NCBI GenBank assembly: GCA_048884965.1
Contig: JBHLQH010000053.1
Coordinates: 1-17,010, forward strand
Direction: 5' to 3'
From: Candidatus Thorarchaeota archaeon
Lineage (GTDB): Archaea; Asgardarchaeota; Thorarchaeia; Thorarchaeales; Thorarchaeaceae
DNA: 17,010 nt
Under the pieces are notes generated by a model, which had not been told where the DNA came from, did not search any database, and saw nothing but the letters and a program-made list of their open reading frames with translations. Position numbers and translations under genes: made by a program. The stretch's first letter is position 1, and each line of letters starts with the position of its first letter. Of the stretch, positions 1 through 8,679 are shown piece by piece.

Positions 1-34
1 ACGAACATGCGAGAAATGCGGCGCGTCGATTTAG
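1..34 (+). CDS. 3' end of upstream gene, C-terminal zinc-ribbon knuckle (partial)
   Basis: Frame from nt 2 reads RTCEKCGASI* (TAG 32-34); CxxCG knuckle typical of C-terminal Zn ribbons. Confidence 0.6.
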   Translation, partial: RTCEKCGASI

Positions 35-105
35 CATACATGTTTTCATTGAATGTACATAGATTCTTTCACTAGAACTTTCTTTCCTCGATGTAAAGGA
101 TTCTG

Positions 106-2586
106 ATGAGCTTGGATGTCCATGAGCTTTTTATACCCGCTGAAACCGTCTGCAATTCGATTACAATGGGAGTTTCGCGGAGATATCATCTGGTACTTGT
201 ATCTGCACTCATCTTTCTAGTGTTATTGACCTTTCTATCATTCAACGAAACAATGGCATCTCTTGATGCTAGATATGATATTCCTTACAGGTATCACGAA
301 GCGCAGACTGAGAGCGATTGGACACAAGCTTGGGGAATAAATGAGATGACTGTCGAGCCAAAGGATGGTTTCTGTGACGAGTCTGGTAATATCCATATCG
401 TCGGAAGCCTAAATCACTTCGAAGGAGAGAACGTTGAGACTGACTTTCTCTGGGTGAAGTTCTCTGGCAATGGAACCTACCTGAACCACTCTACATATGA
501 TTTACGTGAAACCGAGAGTGCGGAAGATATCGTTATTGACAGTATTGGCAATATCTACCTCATTGGATACAGCTGGAGGCCTTTCATCGGATATGATGGG
601 CATATCATCTGCTTCAACGCATCAGGTCAGTATCAATGGATAAAGACATTCCCGGGCTACCACATCGAATCCGGAGATATTGATAGCAGTGATAACTTGG
701 TTATTTATGCACTCCAAACTGAGGACTCCGATGGATATCTTGGCAAATACGACGTATCAGGAAATGGTATGTGGAATGTCACCTGGACCTCTGACATGCC
801 AGTCGATTCTAGCGTGGTCGTAGACGAAACAGATCATCCGTATCTCTATGGTACCATAGATGACCATCGCATACTCTTCAAATTCGATGATTCTGGGAAT
901 CAATTGTGGAATAGAACGGCGACTCCTGGCAATTACACCAACTCAGGTAATCTAGAACTTGACTCCTCAGGTAATCCATACGTATCAGGATGGACAAAGA
1001 GCCATCTGTACGCGCATGACGAATTCATCTTCGTGTCAAAATATGATGATAATGGTGACTTACAATGGACTTCTCTGTGGGAGTCTCCTCCGGGAGAAGC
1101 ACCTGCATGCTTTTGTCTCACAGTCGAAGATAATGGAATGATAGGAGTGCTTGGCTACCTGTATCCCTATCAACTCGAATTGTGGGTGGATCCGGATGGC
1201 TCCATCCGACGAACTGTTGTATCTGAGTTAACAGTTACATCTGAGTACATCCACATCTCATTCTTAGACAACGATGATAACCTAGTGCGTGCATACAATA
1301 TGGGGTATAATCTGATTCTCACTAAAACCTATCTTGATGTAACAGGCCCCACAATTGATGGGGTTCCTTACTATACAGTCGCTCAATCTCCTTCTGGAGC
1401 ACTTGTTTCTTGGAATTTCTCTGATTCGAGTGAATGCTCCTATGTGATATATGTCAATGGCTCAATCGTAGATTCAGGACAACTCAACAGCACTTCAATC
1501 TCTTTCAACATGATTGGGATGCAACCGGGAACCTACAATGTGACGCTGTTGGCTTTTGATTGGAGGGGAAATACTGCTTCTGAAACGATGATGGTTGTGC
1601 TACTTCCGCTTGATATCATCCCAATTGTGCTTCCTTGGTTGATATCCATGGTAGTGATAGTGTCAATTGCCACAAGCGGCTGGTATGGTCGAGCGTGGTA
1701 TAGGACTAGACCAAAGAAAGAACCCACCCCCAAGAAATTACCTAAACCCAAGAAAGATAGAGTAAAGATATCATTGCCAAAAGGTAAGGGTGTGCAAATT
1801 CTACGTGGCGGCGAGTTTGTTGGGAACCGATTAAGGTACAAGGTCAAGGTTCTGAATGACACGAAGTACATCATAACAGATGTCACTGTCACATTACTTT
1901 CTTATCCAAGAGACAGCCTGACATTGGATGGCGATGTGTCAAAGAGGATTTCCAAGATTGAGTCTGGAGGTTTTAGAAGTCCGAGCTTTGAGTTCTCACC
2001 CACACAGGATTGTGTGAAGGGTGAAGTTATAGCAAGCATATCATATGTGGACCACGAGGGAAAGGCACACTCACAAACCTCAGAGCCTTATATCATCCGT
2101 GCAGTTTGCGACCTGCTCAGTCCCGAGAGTATCACACCAGCTGATTTCGAACTAAAGCTCGCATCTCTTCAGAGCAGCGATTCCAGCATCAAGGTCGATG
2201 ACTGGAGCCCTGAGGAGATGCGAGAGAAAGCTGTTCGGGTATTGAAGGACTCAAACTTCTATCAGGTCAGTGAACGGGTCACCTCTGAAGGTGAAGAAAC
2301 TAGAATCCAACTGACTGGTTGGGCGAAGGGCAAGTATACTGGAAAGCATGTTGGTGTGTCACTAATCATATCAGGAATTCCTGAAACAAAAGGTGCGGTT
2401 TGCAATCTTGGCATTGTAGGCGAGGATGATGCGATGATGCTCCCCGCAATTGATGAGCTCACCAAGAAGCTCAACTCATGGTTATGTCCCCAGTGCAGTG
2501 GCATTCTGCCTTTGGATGTCGTCTTGCTACTCAAGAAGGGTGATTGTTCAGAATGCCCGTTCTGTGGTGTGGTTCTGGAAAGCTGA
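106..2586 (+). CDS. Type-I membrane protein: extracellular beta-propeller (SBBP/NHL-like) + Ig-like domain, TM, cytoplasmic adaptin-appendage-like domain, C-terminal Zn ribbon
   Basis: 826-aa ORF (true start probably ATG 166); hydrophobic N-terminus LVLVSALIFLVLLTFL; blade-like repeats (DESGNIHIVG, DSIGNIYLIG, DSSGNPYVSG, KFDDSGNQLW); Ig-like PGTYNVTLLAFDWRGN; TM IIPIVLPWLISMVVIVSIA then K/P-rich linker; CPQC...CPFC. Confidence 0.85.
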   Translation: MSLDVHELFIPAETVCNSITMGVSRRYHLVLVSALIFLVLLTFLSFNETMASLDARYDIPYRYHEAQTESDWTQAWGINEMTVEPKDGFCDESGNIHIVGSLNHFEGENVETDFLWVKFSGNGTYLNHSTYDLRETESAEDIVIDSIGNIYLIGYSWRPFIGYDGHIICFNASGQYQWIKTFPGYHIESGDIDSSDNLVIYALQTEDSDGYLGKYDVSGNGMWNVTWTSDMPVDSSVVVDETDHPYLYGTIDDHRILFKFDDSGNQLWNRTATPGNYTNSGNLELDSSGNPYVSGWTKSHLYAHDEFIFVSKYDDNGDLQWTSLWESPPGEAPACFCLTVEDNGMIGVLGYLYPYQLELWVDPDGSIRRTVVSELTVTSEYIHISFLDNDDNLVRAYNMGYNLILTKTYLDVTGPTIDGVPYYTVAQSPSGALVSWNFSDSSECSYVIYVNGSIVDSGQLNSTSISFNMIGMQPGTYNVTLLAFDWRGNTASETMMVVLLPLDIIPIVLPWLISMVVIVSIATSGWYGRAWYRTRPKKEPTPKKLPKPKKDRVKISLPKGKGVQILRGGEFVGNRLRYKVKVLNDTKYIITDVTVTLLSYPRDSLTLDGDVSKRISKIESGGFRSPSFEFSPTQDCVKGEVIASISYVDHEGKAHSQTSEPYIIRAVCDLLSPESITPADFELKLASLQSSDSSIKVDDWSPEEMREKAVRVLKDSNFYQVSERVTSEGEETRIQLTGWAKGKYTGKHVGVSLIISGIPETKGAVCNLGIVGEDDAMMLPAIDELTKKLNSWLCPQCSGILPLDVVLLLKKGDCSECPFCGVVLES
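128..135 (+). promoter_or_regulatory. Putative archaeal TATA box
   Basis: TTTTTATA about 30 nt upstream of ATG 166, which directly precedes a signal-peptide-like stretch; fits a leaderless start at 166. Confidence 0.4.
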
Positions 2587-2604
2587 ACCCATAAGTAATG
2601 CTAG

Positions 2605-2709
2605 ATTAGCTCCAGTAGAGATACGATCGTCGCTATCTTCAAGGATGGCCTCTCCGCGATTGTTCCTGTGGTCGTCGAGGAGATCAAGCGCGTTCAGGCT
2701 GAGAGATAG
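2605..2709 (+). pseudogene. Possible orphan 3' gene remnant
   Basis: Start-less open frame ISSSRDTIVAIFKDGLSAIVPVVVEEIKRVQAER* with GC3-rich codons, ending just before a terminator-like hairpin. Confidence 0.3.
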
Positions 2710-2721
2710 ACCGCCTCACTA

Positions 2722-2752
2722 ACCCAGCCAAGCTATGGCTGGGTCTATTTTT
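2722..2752 (+). terminator. Hairpin + T-tract terminator-like element
   Basis: ACCCAGCCA-agcta-TGGCTGGGT perfect 9-bp stem followed by CTATTTTT. Confidence 0.65.
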
Positions 2753-2818
2753 CAGTAGATTTCAAATATCGGGCTGGTCTAAAGTCTAGACTAATGTAGA
2801 TTCTGAAGGAATGCTATC

Positions 2819-4732
2819 TTGATCACTATGATGCAAGAAGACGAATACTATCGGTATGCAAGATTTCATGGCAATATCAAGAAGACAGTTCTGATTGGGA
2901 GTATCACATCGCTTCTCATTGGATTGATAATCACGAGCTTAGTACCTGTTGTTACAGAACCTAGCGGATATTTTCTGATTGAGCGCGATGGGCCATCTGG
3001 ATATAGCTCTTCCTTCATAACAAAGGAGAGTGCATCCCTTAGCGAATTGGAGCTATTTCAGACTCACAATTTCACCTTGGAATCAGGATGGCGCTCCCGA
3101 ATTCTCTACTCTATCACTCCCTCGGGTGAGTGGCATCAAACCGATGATGGTCTCCAGATATCTGGCAGCGATATGGACATCACCCTACAATATCTCCTAA
3201 ACGTTCCAGTAGAAGAATACCTCATCTTACATTTTAGTGCTGCATTCGAAGCATTGGAAGGGACACCTCGCGTAGGGATAAGTACACATTTCGGCGCCTT
3301 CAGTACTCTTTGGGCAAGTCCGACTGGAAGATCAAATATCACTGTCCTAGAAATGGACGAGTACAGAGTCTTTAGTCTCGCCGTTCAAATCGATGAAGTA
3401 TGTAACATATCTCAAGGTTGGATTCAGCAAGCACGATTGGAAATTGAGGTACATTTCAACGATTTTGCATCGGTCATTGTACATAATGCAACATCAACAG
3501 CAGTCACTTCTTCCCCTCTCGTTCCGTTCAGTTTTGATTTCCGAGATTCTGCGAATGAAAGTATGTATGCCAATAAGAATTCTCGAATGATGGGCTATCC
3601 CCCTTCTTTGAATATCACGGAGACGCAACTGAATCAAACCGCGTCAGTATTTCAATGGGTTTCAGATGACCGAATTTACCTCACCCCCGGCGAGTACAAG
3701 ATTGACTATGGTTGGTTTCTACTTTACAATGCCTCAATATCTGAGTATGGTGAGTGCTTGATCGTCCTCTCACCAGATCAAGAGGGCTATCTGACAATGC
3801 AAATCAATTGTATGAGAGTATACTTGAGTCTTCCACAAGACCAAAGTCATGACATACAAGTCTGGATTTATGGCCGCGCAATAAGAGACAACTGGTTCTT
3901 TGAGCAATCTCGAGTTATCTACAATTTCAGGGACTTCTTTCCCGCTGATTCGTTCCTATATGCTCCTGGAAGAATAGATGAGGTACTCGTTTACGGTATT
4001 GATCCGAGCCAGCGTTTGTATGAGAATCCTGTATCGCTTGACGGTACTCATGATCTGCTAATTCGAATCGCAGAAAATAGGTTCCCGTTCTTTGGAGTTT
4101 CATTTGATGTGATTCAGATGTTTGCCGCATTGGTTCTATTGAGTATGATATTTGCGTCACTCATTAGTCTTAGGAAGGCACAAAATCCACTCCCTCTTGC
4201 TAAGTGGATCCATCGAGAACGGTTCATTCCCACCCTCCTGATGTTCGTAGGCTACTGCCTACCTTGGTTCTCAATCAACACATCAATTGCTACTGTGAGT
4301 GGAATCACTACCGAAACGACTGCAGTCTTTCTTCCCATAGGTGTGGAAGCCATGAGAGAGAGTTCAAAGAACTGGATAGTATATCTATATGGGGTAGATT
4401 ACTATCTACGACCGTCCTCGATTCTAGATTATTATGACATCGTTGGTGTTCTACCAATTATAGCGATGATCTTCTGGATCCCTCTGTTCATACTTGTTGT
4501 CCAATACCTTGATGATAGCAAGATCAAATCAACATGGACCTCTGTTCTTCCTTACGCAATCCCAGGTTGTGTATCGCTTTTCTATCTTCTATGGAACACA
4601 AGCTATTTGACTTTGGGAGCCATTCCTGTAGTCGCATCAATGATACTCTTTAGTTTTCGAGCATTGAGTAGAACTCAGAAATGGAACTCCTTGCGAGTTC
4701 GGATAGGAAGAGATGTGCATGAAACGAGATAG
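2819..4732 (+). CDS. Hypothetical membrane protein (N-terminal TM, large extracytoplasmic beta-rich domain, about 5 C-terminal TM segments)
   Basis: 637-aa ORF (TTG 2819 or ATG 2828); hydrophobic VLIGSITSLLIGLIITSLV and several C-terminal hydrophobic helices. Confidence 0.8.
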   Translation: MITMMQEDEYYRYARFHGNIKKTVLIGSITSLLIGLIITSLVPVVTEPSGYFLIERDGPSGYSSSFITKESASLSELELFQTHNFTLESGWRSRILYSITPSGEWHQTDDGLQISGSDMDITLQYLLNVPVEEYLILHFSAAFEALEGTPRVGISTHFGAFSTLWASPTGRSNITVLEMDEYRVFSLAVQIDEVCNISQGWIQQARLEIEVHFNDFASVIVHNATSTAVTSSPLVPFSFDFRDSANESMYANKNSRMMGYPPSLNITETQLNQTASVFQWVSDDRIYLTPGEYKIDYGWFLLYNASISEYGECLIVLSPDQEGYLTMQINCMRVYLSLPQDQSHDIQVWIYGRAIRDNWFFEQSRVIYNFRDFFPADSFLYAPGRIDEVLVYGIDPSQRLYENPVSLDGTHDLLIRIAENRFPFFGVSFDVIQMFAALVLLSMIFASLISLRKAQNPLPLAKWIHRERFIPTLLMFVGYCLPWFSINTSIATVSGITTETTAVFLPIGVEAMRESSKNWIVYLYGVDYYLRPSSILDYYDIVGVLPIIAMIFWIPLFILVVQYLDDSKIKSTWTSVLPYAIPGCVSLFYLLWNTSYLTLGAIPVVASMILFSFRALSRTQKWNSLRVRIGRDVHETR

Positions 4733-5168
4733 AAAGAGTAACGGCTTACCTCTGGTTTTTGAGTTAGGCCCTACAACCTGGAAAGTTCTGATTTCCTTGC
4801 TTGCTGTACAGCGACCAATAGGACCCAGGGAGGTTGCACGAAGACTTGGGATGAGTAGTCACACGGTTGCGATATATCATCTTGAGAAACTCTGCAATGA
4901 GAATGTAGTCGAAAAAAACATCGAGGGCGAGTATCATGTCAAATCTGGTGCAAACCTCGGCTTCCTTGACAATTTCCTATATATCCGAGATAAGACTGTT
5001 CCAAGAGTGCTCTTCTATGCGGTGGTAATAACAGGACTTGTCGTATTCTATATTACCGCTGTTGGAATAGATTATAGTATCCATAGCCTCTTCACATTGA
5101 CAATAGGGATTATTTCCATGGTATTCTTCTGGGTGGAAGTCTATAGGACTTGGACTGGTCTGGTCTAG
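4713..5168 (+). CDS. Membrane-anchored winged helix-turn-helix transcriptional regulator (ArsR-like wHTH + 2 TM)
   Basis: IGPREVARRLGMSSHTVAIYHLEKL...VEKNIEGEY wHTH motif followed by two hydrophobic helices; overlaps the upstream gene end. Confidence 0.85.
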   Translation: MCMKRDRKSNGLPLVFELGPTTWKVLISLLAVQRPIGPREVARRLGMSSHTVAIYHLEKLCNENVVEKNIEGEYHVKSGANLGFLDNFLYIRDKTVPRVLFYAVVITGLVVFYITAVGIDYSIHSLFTLTIGIISMVFFWVEVYRTWTGLV

Positions 5169-5176
5169 AAATGCAT

Positions 5177-5207
5177 AGGATGATTGACATCTTATTGTCA
5201 GCATCCT
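5177..5207. terminator. Hairpin between convergent genes
   Basis: AGGATG-a-T-TGACA-tcttat-TGTCA-G-CATCCT imperfect stem followed by a pyrimidine-rich tract. Confidence 0.45.
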
Positions 5208-5255
5208 CTTCGCTATTCTTTCCGGTCTTCAGACCAAATGCACTATCTCAAAACT

Positions 5256-6944
5256 TCAAGCAGTTCGCTTAATTTGGGTAGTTGGGAACTCAAGCCTGAA
5301 AATCACACCACTTGAGTGTTCCCTATCAACTCCTTCCCGCACACTGATTTTTCCATTATATCTCCCTACAAGGACATTGGCCAATGGAAGACCAACACCT
5401 CCGCTGGGATTCCGAGAATGCCAATCAAACAAACTCATCAGATCGAGAGATTTGATATCAAACTCCTCGCATGATATCTCGACTACAATTGTTCCTGCTT
5501 TTTCCTGATGTTCGATTTTCACTGTGACCTTTGCTTCGGATGTGTTGATGTTGTCAATGATGAATCTGAAGACGCTAAAGAAAGCATACTTCAACATATT
5601 CTCTGCTTGAATAGCATAGTCTTCTGGAGGAAAGTGAGCATTGAAAGTGATGTTGGCCCGAGGGTAAAGCTCATGGATATCTACTAATGCCTCTTCGATG
5701 CATTTGACAACATCAGTATCGACTAGCATCCGCGTTGTTTCATTAGCAAGGACCATGATCTTAGTTTCTTTCAACAGTATCATTGACCTGTCAATCTCAT
5801 CGCTTACCATGGTCAGAGACTCAAGGACATTCATGTTGCGCTTTATCTGATGGAATGCTGTTTCTATGCCCAATAACATCCCTTGTATGATGTTTGCCAT
5901 GTCATGACTAAGCAGGTCAAGATAGAATGATGCTTTCTCTCTCTCCCCCTTGTATCTGGAGAGAATCTCAGAAAGCTGTTCGCTCTCCATTCCTTCTAGT
6001 GCTCCTGTCACATCAGTAAGTGCAATTACAACCGATAATGGAGAACCATCTGTGCCTAGTTCGTGTGGCAGGATATCAACCTTGAAACGGCGTGAGATTC
6101 CTAGAGGGTCGATCCTGATGCTTGGTATCGTGAATCCATCCCCAGACCGCATCACCCTCTCAACGCCATCCAAAAGATAGGACAATGTGGTATGTGCAAG
6201 CTTGTTGATGGATGTGCCCTCGGGAGGTAGATTTGATTCGACAATCCTACCTTGGTCATCTACTATAAGAAGAAGAATCTCTAGTTTTTCGTACAGTCCT
6301 GCGTAGGTAACAGTTCCAATGATATATCCCCCTAATCCAACTAATACTACCGATATTGCTTCGAAGGCTATTCCAAGGTCTATCATTCTGAAAAGCCCTG
6401 CGAAAATACCCGTGCCAAGCACCATCGAAAAGTAACCAAGCATTATCACTCGGTATCCCCTCTCATACTCTGGCTTTGTTGTACGATAGGGGTATTTACG
6501 AAAATGATTGAAATAATAGACCGGAAGGGCCGTAAAAAGGGGGATAAGGAAGACAACTGCTACTCGTCTAGCGAATTCAGGATCAATAAGTATGTAGAAA
6601 ATAGACACTACAGGTAAACTAATCGCAAAGGCTATCATGATTGTTCTTACAGCCCAAATGCTTGGTTTCTCAATCCTTGCTTCTGCACTCACATGAAGAA
6701 AATAGACTCCTAGGCTCAAGAGGGGCAATCCGTAGAAATAGTCCATCGCTCTAAGAATAGTGACTATGGGGTCGCTTGTGGGCAGATTCAACCAAGTATA
6801 CAGATTTAGATTATGAAGTATCATAGCGAAGGCAAAACCAGCAAAAATCAGGTCGTTCCGTTTCTTTCTCTGCCACGATTGAACAATATAGACAATAGTA
6901 ACAATGACAGAGATGAGTGCTGAGAAGATGGCGATTTCATACAA
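5256..6944 (-). CDS. Multi-TM (about 7) sensor histidine kinase-like protein with PAS-like domain and degenerate HATPase domain
   Basis: N-terminal hydrophobic helices; PAS-like LLIVDDQGRIVESN...ALTDVT; H-box DLLSHDMANIIQ; G2-like SGGVGLPLA; N and G1 boxes degenerate; TTG start with GGAGG upstream. Confidence 0.85.
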   Translation of the reverse strand: MYEIAIFSALISVIVTIVYIVQSWQRKKRNDLIFAGFAFAMILHNLNLYTWLNLPTSDPIVTILRAMDYFYGLPLLSLGVYFLHVSAEARIEKPSIWAVRTIMIAFAISLPVVSIFYILIDPEFARRVAVVFLIPLFTALPVYYFNHFRKYPYRTTKPEYERGYRVIMLGYFSMVLGTGIFAGLFRMIDLGIAFEAISVVLVGLGGYIIGTVTYAGLYEKLEILLLIVDDQGRIVESNLPPEGTSINKLAHTTLSYLLDGVERVMRSGDGFTIPSIRIDPLGISRRFKVDILPHELGTDGSPLSVVIALTDVTGALEGMESEQLSEILSRYKGEREKASFYLDLLSHDMANIIQGMLLGIETAFHQIKRNMNVLESLTMVSDEIDRSMILLKETKIMVLANETTRMLVDTDVVKCIEEALVDIHELYPRANITFNAHFPPEDYAIQAENMLKYAFFSVFRFIIDNINTSEAKVTVKIEHQEKAGTIVVEISCEEFDIKSLDLMSLFDWHSRNPSGGVGLPLANVLVGRYNGKISVREGVDREHSSGVIFRLEFPTTQIKRTA

Positions 6945-7017
6945 TTCTGTTTCTACCCTCCACTAGAGTGTCTAGCTACAGAATTGGCGTGTCCCTTTTC
7001 GGAAGTTCTGGTTTCAT

Positions 7018-7030
7018 GGTATAACCTTTT
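7018..7030 (-). promoter_or_regulatory. Putative BRE/TATA for the multi-TM kinase gene
   Basis: Minus strand reads AAAAGGTTATACC about 75 nt upstream of the start. Confidence 0.35.
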
Positions 7031-7208
7031 CTTCGATGTATTCTGCAAACTGAAATAGACATGAATGCGAAAGATAATACTCCTTACATATGGCACACCA
7101 GAATTACTGAGGTCTGAAACCAAGGTGCTCTACTTCAATAGATTCATTAGTCAATAACTCTACCATCTTCTGAATGGGCTTGTATCGACTGGAATTTAGA
7201 GGTCGTAG

Positions 7209-8291
7209 GTGAGGACCGTGGACAAGACACAGCTGCTATGGACCTTGGTAGAGGGAACCAGCGAGTTGATATTTAGTGTGCTAAAAGATGGCTCTATCGA
7301 ATATGTGAATGCCTCCTTCTTAACGAAACTGAAATACTCTGAAGATAATTATGAAGAAGTTACGTTTACAGACCTTGCATTTCCTGGATCTCTGAATAAG
7401 GTAAAGGAGCTCTTGAAACTGGCATTTTCAGGGAAAGATATCCTTGATCAAGATTTCACATTAATTGACTCCGCTGGCGGAATTGTTGAGGTTGTGGGTA
7501 GTCTTATTCCAAGATATGAGGGTGGGCTGCCTGTAGCCGTGATGGGGATATTCAGAGATGTTACTGACCAGAAGAGAATAGAAAAGGAGATTCAGGAAGC
7601 TCGTACGAAAGCTGAGTTCCTAATGGATATCATGATTCATGATATTACCAATATCAATCAAGAAATCCTTTCTACTTTGGAGTTAGTGAGTTTTATTCCT
7701 GCCTTTCCTCCCGATATGAGATCGCTTCTGAATGAATGTATGACTGAGCTTGAGAGGTCAACATCGATTATCTCTAATGTCAGGAAATTATCCGTATTAG
7801 AGTCTGAATCACAAATAATGGACGACCGGGATTTGGGAGAAGCTATCTATCGTGCATCTATTCGTGCGAGAGCTTTGAATCCAACGAAGAAGTTGAGGCT
7901 TGTCAATAATGTTCAGCTAAATACCTACTATATTAGATCCAACACCTATCTATCCGATGTGTTCTACGAGCTATTCAATAACTCATTGAAATTTGATGAA
8001 AAGGATGAAGTGAGAGTTGAGGTCACAGCTAATCCTATTGCGCATTCACCCTTTTTGCGAGTAGAAATTTCTGACTATGGACAAGGAATCTCCGACATTG
8101 AAAAGAAACGTATCTTTGACAAGGAGGTTTCGAGAAAGGATAGTGTCAAAGGACTCGGACTGGGTCTAACCCTAGTGAAGAGAATTCTGGAATCATTTGG
8201 GGGATATATCAGAGTAGAAGATCGTGTTCAATCAGATCCGAGTAAAGGCGCCAAGTTTGTCATTATGCTAAAGTATTCAGGAGAAAAATAA
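7209..8291 (+). CDS. PAS-domain sensor histidine kinase
   Basis: PAS (DGSIEYVN...GIFRDVT), H-box HDITNINQ, N-box ELFNNSLKF, G1 SDYGQGI, G2 GLGLGL; start may be GTG 7218 after SD AGGTGAGG. Confidence 0.92.
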   Translation: MRTVDKTQLLWTLVEGTSELIFSVLKDGSIEYVNASFLTKLKYSEDNYEEVTFTDLAFPGSLNKVKELLKLAFSGKDILDQDFTLIDSAGGIVEVVGSLIPRYEGGLPVAVMGIFRDVTDQKRIEKEIQEARTKAEFLMDIMIHDITNINQEILSTLELVSFIPAFPPDMRSLLNECMTELERSTSIISNVRKLSVLESESQIMDDRDLGEAIYRASIRARALNPTKKLRLVNNVQLNTYYIRSNTYLSDVFYELFNNSLKFDEKDEVRVEVTANPIAHSPFLRVEISDYGQGISDIEKKRIFDKEVSRKDSVKGLGLGLTLVKRILESFGGYIRVEDRVQSDPSKGAKFVIMLKYSGEK

Positions 8292-8313
8292 AACGAACAG
8301 GAGCTACATGTAG

Positions 8314-8673
8314 ATGACATCGGTACTAATAGTGGATGACGACAATTTCCTTCATACTGTTTTAGGTAGAATTCTGAACATTGGAGGTCATGAAGTTGTT
8401 GCGCATGCCTATGACGGAGCTGAAGCGATTGAAAAATATACACAGCTTTCTCAGAAACCTGAGATCATTCTCATGGACCACCGAATGCCTGTCATGAATG
8501 GGGCAGAGGCAACAAAAAAGATACTCAAGATTAATCCCAAAGCAAAAATAATCTTCATCAGTGCCGATGAATCTGTTCGAAGGATAGCTCTTACTGCAGG
8601 TGCTTTGGATTTCCTGACAAAACCCATTAGAAGCAAATATCTCTTCGCTATTATCGAGAAATATTCATCCTGA
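8314..8673 (+). CDS. Stand-alone response regulator receiver (CheY-like)
   Basis: IVDDD acidic pocket, phospho-acceptor ILMDHRMP, SAD, conserved KP; no output domain; GGAG SD. Confidence 0.95.
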   Translation: MTSVLIVDDDNFLHTVLGRILNIGGHEVVAHAYDGAEAIEKYTQLSQKPEIILMDHRMPVMNGAEATKKILKINPKAKIIFISADESVRRIALTAGALDFLTKPIRSKYLFAIIEKYSS

Positions 8674-8679
8674 GTATTA

